Assembly (NCBI GenBank): GCA_051294375.1 | Contig: CM119263.1 | Span: 28,619,280-28,683,279, forward strand | DNA length: 64,000 bases | Source of the DNA: Paraspadella gotoi | Lineage: Eukaryota > Animalia > Chaetognatha | Reading direction: 5' to 3' | Shown here: positions 1-26,786 of the stretch, piece after piece | Layout: each line of letters starts with the position of its first letter | Position numbering within the stretch: position 1 is the first letter of the stretch | Notes under the pieces: generated by a model | What the model was told of the DNA's origin: nothing | The model's input: only the letters and a program-made list of their open reading frames with translations | Database searches by the model: none | Translations under genes and position numbers: made by a program

Positions 1-743
1 AAGTGAAGGAGACCGCGAGGAGCATGACGCCCACTCGCCGGTTCTGCCGCTGGCGGCGCTCGAATCTGGAAGGGGAAAGAAGGACAAAAATCCTTTACAA
101 ATTTTACATTAATTTTATATACTAAACTTTGAATTTGTTTTAGCGTATTTCTCTCTTTCTCTCTTTCTCTCTTTCTCTCTTTCTCTCTATTTTTCTCTCT
201 TTCTCTTTCATTCAATTTTCTTACCCCGACCTTACCTCTGGCACTTTCGGTTCTCCTCCGACTTGAAGGCCCCCGTCGACTGACACATTTTGGAGATGAT
301 CAAGATGTTGAAGAGGAGATTGAGAGAGAGAGGGAGGATACCGTACATCAAAGACTTGGCCAAGTTTATCACCCACTTTCCCCTGCAGGAGGAAATAATG
401 CAGTTGGTTCCGCTGGAGTCGAGGGTCTTGTACATCAAGATGGGGATGTTGCAGAGCATCACTGTTTGGGGGAGGAGGGGGTTTAGAGTAGTGGAGAAGG
501 TGGAGGATCTGGAGGCCGTCCGGGAGAGTGACTGTTTTCAATTGGCTCGTTTCCAATTCCCACACAATCAACAATGACGACAACTACTTAACTGAAAACA
601 AAAAAAAAACGTATTCGCAACAACGACGACGACGACCAATTTTTTTTTGGTTAAGTATAACTATTAATAAGTGGGCGTCTGTGCGGGCGGGGCCACTGGC
701 ATTAGTCGAAGAAGAGTCATAATCCGTCTCAAGACGCAATCTT

Positions 744-789
<46 letters not shown>

Positions 790-1890
790 AGCCCAACAGC
801 TGCCACACAGGCGACTTTCGCCCTGGCGACGGTGCAGAAGTCTTTGCTCTTGAGAGGAAAGAAGACGATGAGGAATCTCTCGGCGGTGACGAGAGTCACG
901 ATCCAAACGGCGCCGTTGAAGAAAACGTCGATGACGAAAGGCCAGACTCGGCAGAGGACGGGGGAAGTGTCCCAGATGGTGACGTTGACGACGGCCTGTT
1001 TGGGTTTGAATTAAATTGGATCGATGAGAAAGAAAGTATTTGCGGGATTGATTGATTGATTAATTGATTTATTGATTTATTGGTTTATTGATTTATAGAT
1101 TTTTTAAAATAGAGGAAGGATTTTTTTAACAATTTTCTTTAATTTAGTTCATGCAATATATAATTGATGGGCTAATTTTTTAACTCATCAATATATTAAT
1201 ATGTTGATAAGGCGCTAAGTGGGCAGAAGATGACTATCCATAACTTCTATAACGCCCTCTAGCAGACATGGAACGGGTCCTGGGCTTGGAACCAGGCTTG
1301 AGGGTTTGCCACGCCCCCAAGGCGGCTTACGGCCGTCCTCACTCTTCCCGCAGGGTAGGTACCGGGTTGGGATTGAACCCGGTACCTAGTGGTCATGAGC
1401 TGATGGCTTTACTCAATGAGCCACCGGGTCACAACTGAAAGAGTCCTGCTTATAGGCGGGGTGAACCGAGGCAATGCCCGACTACAAATATTATATTAAT
1501 TCTTTATTCTTTTATTTAATAATTTATGCCTTAATTTGCGGAAATAGAAATACATAAATGTCGCTAAACTTTTCTTAAAAAACGATAGGATTGTTTTTTT
1601 CTAATTATAACCAAATATTTGATATTTATCTATTAGTTAAAACAAGACACAACATCAATAAGTTTACTCTCTTTCCTGCAAGAAACAATCGGTTGTGTTG
1701 GTGAGGATCGCTCCAGTGTCAAAGAGCGCCAAGCAACAGAGGATGAAGGCCGTTGATCTCTTGGAGGCAAATGGACAGAGAACCATGAAGGAGGCAGCGT
1801 TACCGATAGCACCGCAGTAGCAGATGACGACCAAGGGAAGAAGTTGGCGCGGGGAGGTGCAGGAGACGTCCGTCAACACCTCCAACGAGG

Positions 1891-1892
<2 letters not shown>
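1..1892 (-). CDS. Rhodopsin-like (class A) GPCR, probable neuropeptide receptor (FMRFamide/sex-peptide receptor-like); partial, TM1-TM6, continues past window start
   Basis: Exons 1892-1676 (TM1 CGAIGNAASF, TM2 LCCLALFDTG), 995-788 (LCRVWPF...VTAERFLIVFFPLK, DRY-like ERF motif), 461-236 (TM4 end, ECL2, TM5 MYGILPLSLNLLFNILII), 65-<1 (QNRRVGVMLLAVSFT, TM6 start). Phases match (0,1,2). The first coding exon was not securely identified. Confidence 0.9.
1195..1430 (-). mobile_element. tRNA-derived SINE-like element in GPCR intron
   Basis: Minus-strand head 1430-1358 GACCCGGTGGCTCATTGAG...GCTCATGA...GGTTCAATCCC...CCGG has Pol III A-box and B-box matches and a CAT loop. It is followed by a ~160-bp GC-rich body ending in AT-rich sequence. 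Stems are too imperfect for a functional tRNA. Confidence 0.6.
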
Positions 1893-1978
<86 letters not shown>

Positions 1979-4139
1979 GAGATAGTAACGACGTCTCAGC
2001 TCATATTATTACCACATACGCTCCTTTCATATAGAGCATAGCCTCCACATGAGCTCATTAAAACCATCGATTAACCATTGGAAGCGTCTCTAAACGCATA
2101 TATTGTTGAATTACTTTTTTTCCCCTTCGCGCACGAAGGCGGTTTCATTAAGCCTCGTTCTTCCACGTATTTGCAAGTCATTAGTGGAATCTTCACTCAC
2201 CAGTTTTCGTTAGAGTGGTTCATTAATTCGCGGCCTTCATCGTGGAACGGAGCAAGGAAAATCCCTTTGTTTCGCCTCCCGAGTTTTTTTTCAAATTTCT
2301 TCCTTTGTTTTTTTTTAAGGGGGAGGAGTTCCGTTTCTTTCCTCGCTTTGTTTTCTTCTCCTTTTCTTTTCTTTTTTCTTTTCTTCTCTATTTGCGCATC
2401 ATAAAGATCCCGTTCGTTTTATCGCGATAAAATTCTCCCCGGAGAAAAGCTTCGAGTGGAGAATGGCGACCAACTTTTTTTTTGTTTCTTTTTTCTTTTT
2501 TAAATTGTTTTTTAAATTTTTTTTCTTTTTGTTTATCCTCGTTTTTTTATTTTTTAATACCCAACGAACGTTTAGGGAAGAAAAATTAAAAACATTTTTA
2601 AACAAAATTTAAAAAACAATTAACGAATGTGAAACAACCTAAAATACAATATTATTAAAAAGCTAAGAATAGAAAAATTAAGCAAAGGGAAAAAAAGAAA
2701 ACTAAAAGGAAAAATAATGTTTTTTCCTCCACTTTATTTTNNNNNNNNNNTCTTTCTTTTTTTCCTTTCCTTTCCTCCCTAAATCTCCCGTAATGTTCAC
2801 CATAAAAGTTTAGCTTCGCTCGACGTACGAAGCTTCGTCGGAGTTGTGGGCATCGTCGTCGTCGTCGTCGTTGTTGTCGTTTGAAGCGGCGGTGGCGGCG
2901 GCGGCGGCGGTGACGGCGGTGGCGGCGGGTGGCGCCCTCGCGAGCGTCCTTCACAATTCTGCCCTCGGAATTTTTTTTTCTTTTTCGGCGACGAAGAAAA
3001 GAAAATGGTGTCGCTGAAAACTAATCCGATGCCACCTGGATTTTATGGATGGAACTAAGTGGAACGGCGAAGTGGAAGAACGAATCGGAGAAGAAGATGG
3101 GATGGGCGAAGGGTGAACGACGATGTGAAGTTACAAATTTAAAACAAAGGAAGATAAAGGATAATAGTCTAAGGAACAATAAATTAAATTTATAATTTAA
3201 CTTAGTTTTGATGTATTTGTAGAAGAATTAACAAATTTGTTTAGCAACAACGATACGATGGAATAGTAATAATAAATACATCAAAGTTTGCGCATTGTTA
3301 AGGTGAATGAACCTTCCTCTTAAGTATTCTAAGATTAAACTAGTGCAGTTCTATCGAGGAAAAGCGCAATTAAAAAAGAAAGAAATTATCAGAAAATTCC
3401 CAGCTGTTTTCGATGGGATCAATTTTTAAACTTTCAACAAAAGAAGAAAAAAAAAATCCGATCGAAAATTTTGTGAATGCTTTTCTTGAANNNNNNNNNN
3501 GGACCTCACTGTCTTATAGCGCTGAACGTCTATAATAATTTATTTCTAGCTTATGCTGCTTTAAAATAAATGAGCTAAAGTTTAGGTAATTTTTATAAAA
3601 TTATTATTAAAATTGTTATTAAAATTATTAATCTCAAGGATATTGTATTTGAGGATATTTTTAAAATGTTAAACCATCTGAACCAGATAACGAAATAAAA
3701 AAATAGAAAAAGAATGAAAATAAACAAATTACAAAGGATTGCTCAGCGTTGTAGCCTCAACAAAAAACACAGAGCTTGTCAAGTCAGCCGCGTAAACAAA
3801 AGAACTCGATTATCCAGATTTAAGAAGAGCCACTTGTTTGTCCTAGGAGCCAGTCGCCCGGTCGCCCGCTAGGTTTGAATCGATCGAGTACAAATGAACA
3901 AAAGTAACATGAAGGGGTGTGGTGGTTTTTATTGGACAATTTTGAGCGACATAGTATGAAGACGAAGTACATTTAAAGAAAAACAAAGTCATCCACTTTA
4001 TTAAGTTGCTATGGTGACTAAAAAAAAAGACATATCTTAATTTACAATGATTTAAACAATAATTTCAGCAGGATGAGAAAATGATTGTGACGCATCACGG
4101 TTGTGAGAGAAAAGAGAAAGAATTCAGGACTTTTTGGGT

Positions 4140-7100
4140 TCATCCTACAAGTCTCACGAAATCTTGATCGAAATCTTCGTGATGAAATCGACGCGGAATT
4201 TCTTCGATGTCAAAGTCGTCGACGAGAGTTCGTGGAAGACTGATGAGGTCGTGATGCCTTCAGTCCGTCCTCGTAGCACGCCAACACCGTCGTCGAGGGG
4301 CCTGGAGAAAGGAGAAGGGCGTCAAAGCAGCTTGAAGTCGAGGCACCTTTGAGATCATTCACTGATGATTTAAGAGCTATCCAGTAAGCGTAGTAAAATT
4401 TCTAAATTTAACTTTAATTAAAAATTCTAAAAGTGAGGAATGAACAACATTATACTAATGAACATTTATGTAATAAAAAATTTATAATAAATTTACAATT
4501 TATGCAGTAGGCTATTTATACTAGTATTAAACCAATAAATGTTAAAATTTTAAAAACAGTTTTTTCTAAGATTTTTTTGAAGATTTGGATTCGTCATAAA
4601 AAGTTGGTAAAAAGAAATATAACTCTTTTTGAAAAATTCCTTCATTAGGTGGGTCAAAAATTAGAATAAGCTATATTTTAAGCTGAAAATTAACTTTTTA
4701 TATATTAAATATAGTTTTTTTAATTTTTAACCCACTTAATGAAAGAATTTTTAAAAATGATTTATATTTTCTTTTATCAACTTTTGACGAGGAATTCAAA
4801 TCTGCAATCAAAATTAAGAAAAGCCTATTTTGAAATTTTTAGATTTTATAAGGATAGTACTATATATAAATATAGCCTACTGCAAAAATTAAAAAACATA
4901 AAATTAATTTTTTTTACAAATTAATGTTCACTGATGGTATGTTGTTCATTATTGATTTTTATAATTTTCGTATGTAACTTTCACTACGCCTTACTATCCA
5001 GTATCCATTTGTCTGTGAGATCATTCACTCACCGGTTATATGCTTCATTGACTTCCTTCGCTCGACCGTGAAATCATTCACTGACCCAGTGAGATCATTC
5101 ACTGACGCGACGAGATGAATCACTGACCTGTGAGGTCCTTCATGGTTTGGACGAGGACTTCCAGACATCGATAGTAGACGCAGTTGGCGAGGATGAGGTA
5201 ATCGGGAGGCGGGAGACAATGACTCGCTGACTCACCCCAACACAGAGGCGCAGCCCTTACCTGAACAAGGTAAGGTTGAAACTTAAGAGTTTCTATGCCG
5301 GTTTTCTTTTATTTGTTACAATCTTTTCGATAGTCTTTCTTAGGTTTAATAACCTTAGCTAAGTAAACGTTTTATTATTTAGATTTCAGTATCAAATAAC
5401 TTTTGCAATTCTAATTAATTTCAAAGAGAGATCGTGAAATTCAGGTGCGACCAGAAAATTTCAATTTCCAAAATCATCCGTATTCTTTTCGTTCTATTTT
5501 TCGTTACCGAACCTGTCCCTTCAATTTCCCTTGGTTCATTTCGATGTTGTAGTCCAACAGGGGAACCAATTGTTCCAGATCCGTGAGAATCACTTCTGCG
5601 CCGTAATATCCTTGGAGAAAGGAAATGAGGGTAAGATAAAAAATGACTCTGGTTGTAGAATGTTGACCATTAAAAACTTTTTGTTAAAGTCACTAGATTA
5701 CTTGTATTGTTTAATTTTATTAAAAAGGTTTTTGTGTTTCAAAAGTTTAATTCATAATCTTACGTATTTAAATGTAAAACTTATGGGATAAGAGCAAAAT
5801 ATATTTCATTTATGAAAATGATGGCAATAAAACCAATTTTAAAATTTCGATCGATTTAATTAACAGAAAAATCCCATTCGGTTCATGCGTTTACATTTAT
5901 TACATTTGTAATTTTTTTTTTTTTTTTTTTTTTTTTTGGAACAATGCGATTCTCTTCTGGATTCTCATTCCCAATTAATGTTCATCGATTACGAAGGAAC
6001 ATAAACTCCCGATATCGAACTTACCCTCTCCGCCTTTTTTCCTTACCCGCCAACATCCCCACAACTCCAGTTCCGGCTCCCAACTCAATCATCCTTCTTC
6101 CCTTTAATTCTCCGTCTCTCAAATCTTTCTCCTTGAAATCGGACGTTTCCAAGTATTTGGCCAGAACGGCCGCCGCCTCGTACACCTGGAGGTCGTGGAG
6201 AGGAAGGGGGCGTGGCCACGTGGATTGGGGAATGCGGTGTCGGGAAGTGGGTATGGGAGGGTTTGGTTGGGTAGTGTATACTAAAGTGGAGTAAAGGGTC
6301 AGTTTTTTAATGTAAAAAAAATGTAAGTGTCGTAACCAAAGTTTTTCTTAATGATGAAACAAAATTTTAAAAAATATATACTTTTTACAGCTGAGAGGAC
6401 TCATACATTAAATATAGAACAATAAATTTTGTATTTTTTCTCTCTTTTCGTTGCGAGTTTGAATTTAAGCATTTGCTGATAAAGGCTCGAATTAAAGAGC
6501 CGAAACATGTACTGTTTTAATAATAATAACAATATGTAATTAAAAGAATAATAAACAATAAAAGATAAAAAAATGAATAGTGACGAAAGAGCAGAAAGAA
6601 GAAAATCAATCACAATGTAGACAGATTGATTTTCTATTCACTTTTCATTCGTCACTACATCATTTTGTCTTTCAATTGAACTCCTATTCTGGCCTCTTTC
6701 TTTCTGACAATGCGTTGAGTCTTAAAACAGATGTGACCCTTTTCCATCTCCCTCTCTCTCCGTCCTTGGCGAGACGAGAACGACTCTCTCTCCCTCTCGT
6801 TGTCTACGTCTCTCTGTCTCCATCTCGTTTTCTTGGTCCATAACGACTGAGTGTTTACAACCTCGGCTCAGAGAAAACTCGATTGGTAACGAGAAAGTCG
6901 GTCAATCGACTGTCACCGTTGCCATAACAACGACAACCACAAAAAAGATTACAAAAACAACAACAACAACAACAAAACAAAAAAAACCGAATTTGAGGAA
7001 CAAAGTCAAAGATGACAACAACAACAACGACGTCTTGGTTTCCAGTCGTGTAGTTTGCGAAATTATACATTTAATTTTCGATAAAACAAAATATCCTATT

Positions 7101-7703
7101 TTTTGGGGTGGAATAAAAATCTACTCACAACATTCGAAATAAAATTTAACCCGATTAAAATTCATTATTTTTTTTTTGCCATATATAATGTAACAAACAG
7201 AACTACAGCAACAACAACAACGACATCAAAAACAACGACGCGAAAAACTACCGCAACACGAAATTGACTTCTCGATGACGACGACGACGACGACGACGAC
7301 GACGCATCTGCTCCGAATGCTCAGGTGCGAGAAGAGAGGCAGTCTCGCTCTTGCTTACGAACCCGTGGAGATTTTTCCGAACCTCCTCATCCATCGTCGA
7401 TTTCTCTTCGCCTCCTTTCTCTTTCTCTCTCTTTCTCTCTCTCTCCTCCTTCTCTCCTTCTTTCCTTTCTTAAATTTTTAATAATCCTCAATCTCTTTCT
7501 TTCTTTCTTCTATTTCTTCTTTCTTTCTTTCTTTCTTTCTCTTTCTTTCTTCTTTTTCTTCTTTCTTTCTCTCTTTTCTTTCTTTCTTTTTCTTTCTTTC
7601 TTTCTTTCTTTATTTCTCTCTCTCTCTCTCTCTCATCTCTCTCCTCTCTCTCTCGTCTCTCTCTCTTATTCTTTTTTCTTTTTTTTTCTATCTCTTTCTT
7701 TCT

Positions 7704-7760
<57 letters not shown>

Positions 7761-7774
7761 TTTCTTTTTTTCTC

Positions 7775-7829
<55 letters not shown>

Positions 7830-8405
7830 ATTTTTCTATCTTTTCTCTCTCTCTCTACTCTCTCTTCTCTCTCTCTCTCTCCTCTCTCTCTTCTCTCTCT
7901 CTCCCTCTCTCTCCTCTTTTTTTCTTTTTTTTTTTCTTTTCTTTCTCTCTCTTTCTCTTCTTCTCTCTTTTCTCCTACTATAAAAAAAAGTGCAAGTACT
8001 TTTTATCTTTCTTCCGCGCTTTCTTTTTAATCCTAAATAGGTTTATTGTCGCCAGTCCAAAAGACTGTCAGCGGACATAATCAGAGAAATCAGCTTAACT
8101 CACCCCCGACTCATCCCCGCGCACCCACCATTCGCCCCTCAACCCTACCCAAGCCTTACCCATCCACCCAGCGTCGTCTGCCTCGTCTGATGAAAGACGA
8201 GTTCCCCTCCATCGGCTGCGTCAACGTAAAATTGCGAGAGGGCGTGGCTCGGAATCTTTCCGTAGTGACCCAGATCGATGACGCGGCCGATGACGCTCGA
8301 TTGGGCGCCGCCGCCGGAAGGAGCGCTCGTGTCGACAGAGCCGCTAAAGGCACTCGCGTTAGTGGCGCCGCTCGAGGCGTCAGCGTCCCTGGCGTCCAAC
8401 GTCAT
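4140..8405 (-). CDS. VCPKMT: Protein-lysine methyltransferase, METTL21/Methyltransf_16 family, most similar to VCPKMT (METTL21D)
   Basis: Exons 8405-8160 (ATG...TTLGGW), 6185-6047 (VYEAAAVLAKYLETSDF...MIELGAGTGVVGMLA, SAM motif I), 5610-5513 (GAEVILTDLEQLVPLLDYNIEMN), 5260-5128 (LCWGE...PPPDYLILANCVYY...KDLTG), 4301-4140 (VLACYE...DDFDIEEIP; several indels). All phases compatible. The symbol rests on recalled similarity, not a phylogeny. Confidence 0.85.
4550..4870. mobile_element. Fragment of the AT-rich MITE-related repeat, in last intron of the methyltransferase
   Basis: Reverse complement matches 32245-32500 (e.g. GATTTGGATTCGTCATAAAAAG / CTTTTTATGACGAATCCAAATC) and resembles 26040-26340. 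Confidence 0.65.
7430..7975. repeat. Compound (CT)n/(CTTT)n microsatellite
   Basis: About 550 bp of almost pure C/T sequence in intron 1 of the methyltransferase; explains the spurious ORF 7325-8080. Confidence 0.9.
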
Positions 8406-8629
8406 GGCGCGAAAATAGTTTGTCAGTTTGTTACTTTTTTAGTTTTGTTTTAATATCGTTATCACAATCTAATCGTGCTATTTCGTTTCATGAAATTAAT
8501 GCGTTTTCTTTGTTATAATTACAAATAACGCGAGTCTTATTATTTTTACTGTCGTATAACTGAACAAATACGTTATTTTTGCCGATTGATTTTGCATCTA
8601 ATTCGCTGCTGATTCAATGAACCGACCTC

Positions 8630-8830
8630 TTCATTTCCATCGCCATCGCTCATTGGCTGATTCGCCGATCTTTGCTCTCATTGGTCGATCGAGTGCTTCT
8701 GCCCATGGGCGCTTCTTTCGATTCTCACTACTCAACCGCCCCCCCACACACACTCTTACTTCGCGAAGTTGTTTCGCGATCGCCCTCCGCGATGATTGGT
8801 CGCTTGATGCGCTGATTGTCTCGATCGGGT
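8630..8830 (-). promoter_or_regulatory. Candidate CCAAT-box promoter cluster upstream of the methyltransferase (divergent region shared with SLC22 gene)
   Basis: ATTGG (CCAAT on minus strand) at about 8652, 8681 and 8794 in a CpG-rich patch 250-400 bp upstream of ATG 8405; further ATTGG near 9090 and 9121. Confidence 0.35.
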
Positions 8831-9249
8831 TGTTCTCTTGTCTGAGATTCGGGAACTTGATAAGTTCATAATTGAATAAATGAAATGATAAGTGACAAAT
8901 GATCAATTATAACACATTACACATTGTCAATGAGATTTAAAACTTCTAACCGATTCCTCTAAATTTAGTGTTTTCCAGAAAAANNNNNNNNNNATCAAGT
9001 TCACATCTACTTATTAACTTGCGTTAGAGATCTCCATAAAGGCAAGGATCCCTCGGCTCTAGCGTTGGATTAGTTGATTCGCCTCCTGATTGGTTCCGAT
9101 TCGTCGCGCCTGGCCTCGTGATTGGTCACAGGTTCGAAACCCGTATTTCATGAAGGAACTCGGAGTCACGGATTTCGAGGCGGAAAAATCCGAAGAGAAA
9201 TTTCCAGTTAATGAGGATTAAGTTTGGAAAGAAAGAAGTTTGATCGATT

Positions 9250-9290
<41 letters not shown>

Positions 9291-10793
9291 CTTGATGAGA
9301 CGAAACTTACCCTGAGACACAATTCAGTTTTTTCGTAGAGTGAGTTTTCAACTTCTTGTTAATTCGTTTGAGCTCAATGAATTTTCAAACCTGTTTCACC
9401 TTGTACCTTTTACCTTGTTACAATCATTCCTAATAATTATCTTGCTTAATGTGATTATATTTAAAAAATTAGGTCATAAACCATAGATCGATAGATAAAT
9501 ATAATTTCCATTCACTTGGTTTTCCAGTAAATCTAATAACAATTTACGTCGCCCAGTTTACAAGGTGCGTCAGTTTAAGGGAATATGATTTGCGCGTATA
9601 TCCGCGTAATCGGACCGCTATTGATTTTTTTATTACTCATATTGTTTCGTTTATAAGGACAAAAAATAGGAGCTAAGACTCGAATCCGATTAATTCTTAG
9701 GGCACCGAAAACGGTTTAAAACATTTTTTTCGCTTATAAATGTGAATTAAAAAAATTATTGTTCAGAAAATTACCTAAAATTTAGTTATAAATAAATTTA
9801 GACCAATAACTATTAGCGCTTTCCATCAAAATTGATAATTTGGACTGTTTTAGAGTATAAATATTTTATAAATTCTGGTTCTTAACTTGACGACGTAAAA
9901 TGTCTGTATTAAACTTGTCAGCTTTTTAAAACGAGATATTTAAAACGACTTTGGAACAAAAGAAAAATTAACGTGTTATTTTTTTAGTATTATAATTAAA
10001 TTAAAAGCCTTATTAATGTATAGTCATTTCCCAACCCGCTGAAAATATTGAGATTTTTTGATGACCTAAAATGAAAAGTCCGATATATTTTGGACTCGAT
10101 GCAAACTGGATATTACTTCTTGTGAATGTTTTTCAATTCATCGTCGTAAAACTTCAAACTTCAATGTAGACTTTGCAGGCCAGGAACAAAATTTTGTTTC
10201 TTTAAAATTTTAAACGTTAATTTGTTCACGAATGAACAATTATAAATAGTGTACTTGACAACAATTGGTCTCCATTATAACGAGAGGCAGAAAATACTGG
10301 TTCAAAACTCTCAACGGGAAAAAATCTCTTTCAAGACTAACCCGTTTTTCTGACGTATCATTTCAACTTAGAGAATATTTTTTTGGTTGGTCACCTCAAA
10401 GTCTGTTATCTGCTCATGAATCTTAATAAGTTAAAACAATATTTATCAAAAAATTTTAAAAAAACCAAGATTTGTCATCATCGAAGCAGCAATAAAAATC
10501 TTTTCTCTGTATTTTTACATGTCCTTAACTTTCTTCAGATCCGGCTTAAAAAAGCATCTGTAGTTCTGTACCTTCCTCCGAACTGCGAACGATAAATATT
10601 AAAGCATATTGAATAAATACCCACCAAAACTGGGGGATAAAGAGTTGAAACGTCGGACGTCAAAAAAAAAACTTTTTCCTTCAGAGGCTTTTTTTTTCGT
10701 CGCAATTTAACGAAACTTAATCTTTTTAATGAAAATTTAAAATTGGAGCTTCCGTTGTTTAACTTTCAATCGTCAGCCATCTTTCGATCCGCG

Positions 10794-25777
<14,984 letters not shown>

Positions 25778-25900
25778 CGCGTGTTTCCGTTTTGTTTAAC
25801 AATGTATTTCATTAAAACGGGCGATTCTAAATGAAATTATCGCCCTTCATTGATTTAATCAGTTATTCTCGGTTAATTTTTTCTTTACGGAACTGTTTAT

Positions 25901-26523
25901 TAGAGTGGAGCACTCAAGAACAAAAAAATTATTTGAATGATATCGACAATGATATTTAGATGTAAGATAGTATGATTAACAAGTACAAAAAATATTTCGT
26001 TCATATTATCTCGGAACAGAATAGCAAAATATAATATATTTGTAGTAATATCCTTATAAATAGTAAATTTTAAAAATAATTTTTATAAAACTTTTAATAA
26101 AGATTCAGATTCTTCATAAAAGTTGAATCAAAAATATAAAACATGTTATCAAAAATTCTGTCATCTTCAATGTTTAAAATAAGAAAAAAGGTAAAAATTC
26201 CTGACTTTTTTATTCTCTGTAGTAGAAACTTATATATGTTAAACGTTTAGTCATTTTTTGTGATCTAAACATTAAAATATCATTATAACATATTTTATAA
26301 AAGTTTCTTAGTTTTTTACGCGAATCCAAATCAGTTCTTATAAAAAAAAAAAATTATTTTGAAATTTAACGATTTTTATAAGGATATTACTACATAAATA
26401 ATGAATTTTGCTATACTGTTATGCTAAAAAATTTTAAAGATTTAAAAAAAATTCATTAATTATATGTCCATAGGCAGCAAAAAATAATGCTTCATCACTC
26501 AATCTTTTCATCACTCCACCCTA
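25901..26523. mobile_element. MITE/non-autonomous DNA transposon, termini TAG(A/G)GTGGAG
   Basis: Starts TAGAGTGGAG and ends CTCCACCCTA (inverted termini with outer TA). Internal inverted similarity. Full-length homologue at 35651-36529. Confidence 0.7.
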
Positions 26524-26726
26524 CTGTTTATTTATTCACGAAGCGTACAATCATGAGTATTAGTTAACCAGGACTTATGCAAATTAGAGCATTTAATGTT
26601 AATTAAAGCATCCATTGTTGTTTCTTCTCTATTCGATTCTAAACAAAAGAAAAGAAACAAGAGATTTAACGATTGGAAATGACCCGCCGTTCACCAAGAG
26701 TCGGGCGTGAGACGTTTCCCCATATT

Positions 26727-26786
<60 letters not shown>

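Noticed and set aside
1358-1430. Functional tRNA-Met gene (likewise tRNA-Gly at 13262-13330)
   Set aside because: Broken anticodon and D stems, no oligo-T terminator, and attached repeat-like bodies point to SINE heads.
1844-2041. ERERER and LSLSLS ORFs here and throughout (7325, 11658, 15597, 28977, 46452, 52955, 58446 and others)
   Set aside because: Translations of (GA)n/(CT)n microsatellites that lack stops by composition.
2800-2960. Possible first GPCR exon (MPTTPTKLRTSSEAKLL, donor TG|gtgaac, phase-compatible)
   Set aside because: Low-complexity context and no homology support; cannot be distinguished from chance.
5236-5260. Apparent 25-nt micro-exon ending at GTGAGT
   Set aside because: The frame continues through WGES...PPPDYLIL with family homology to 5128, so the GTGAGT is exonic.
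9556-10260. TACAAGGTG mariner-like terminus and AT-rich body
   Set aside because: No matching second terminal repeat or transposase frame found.
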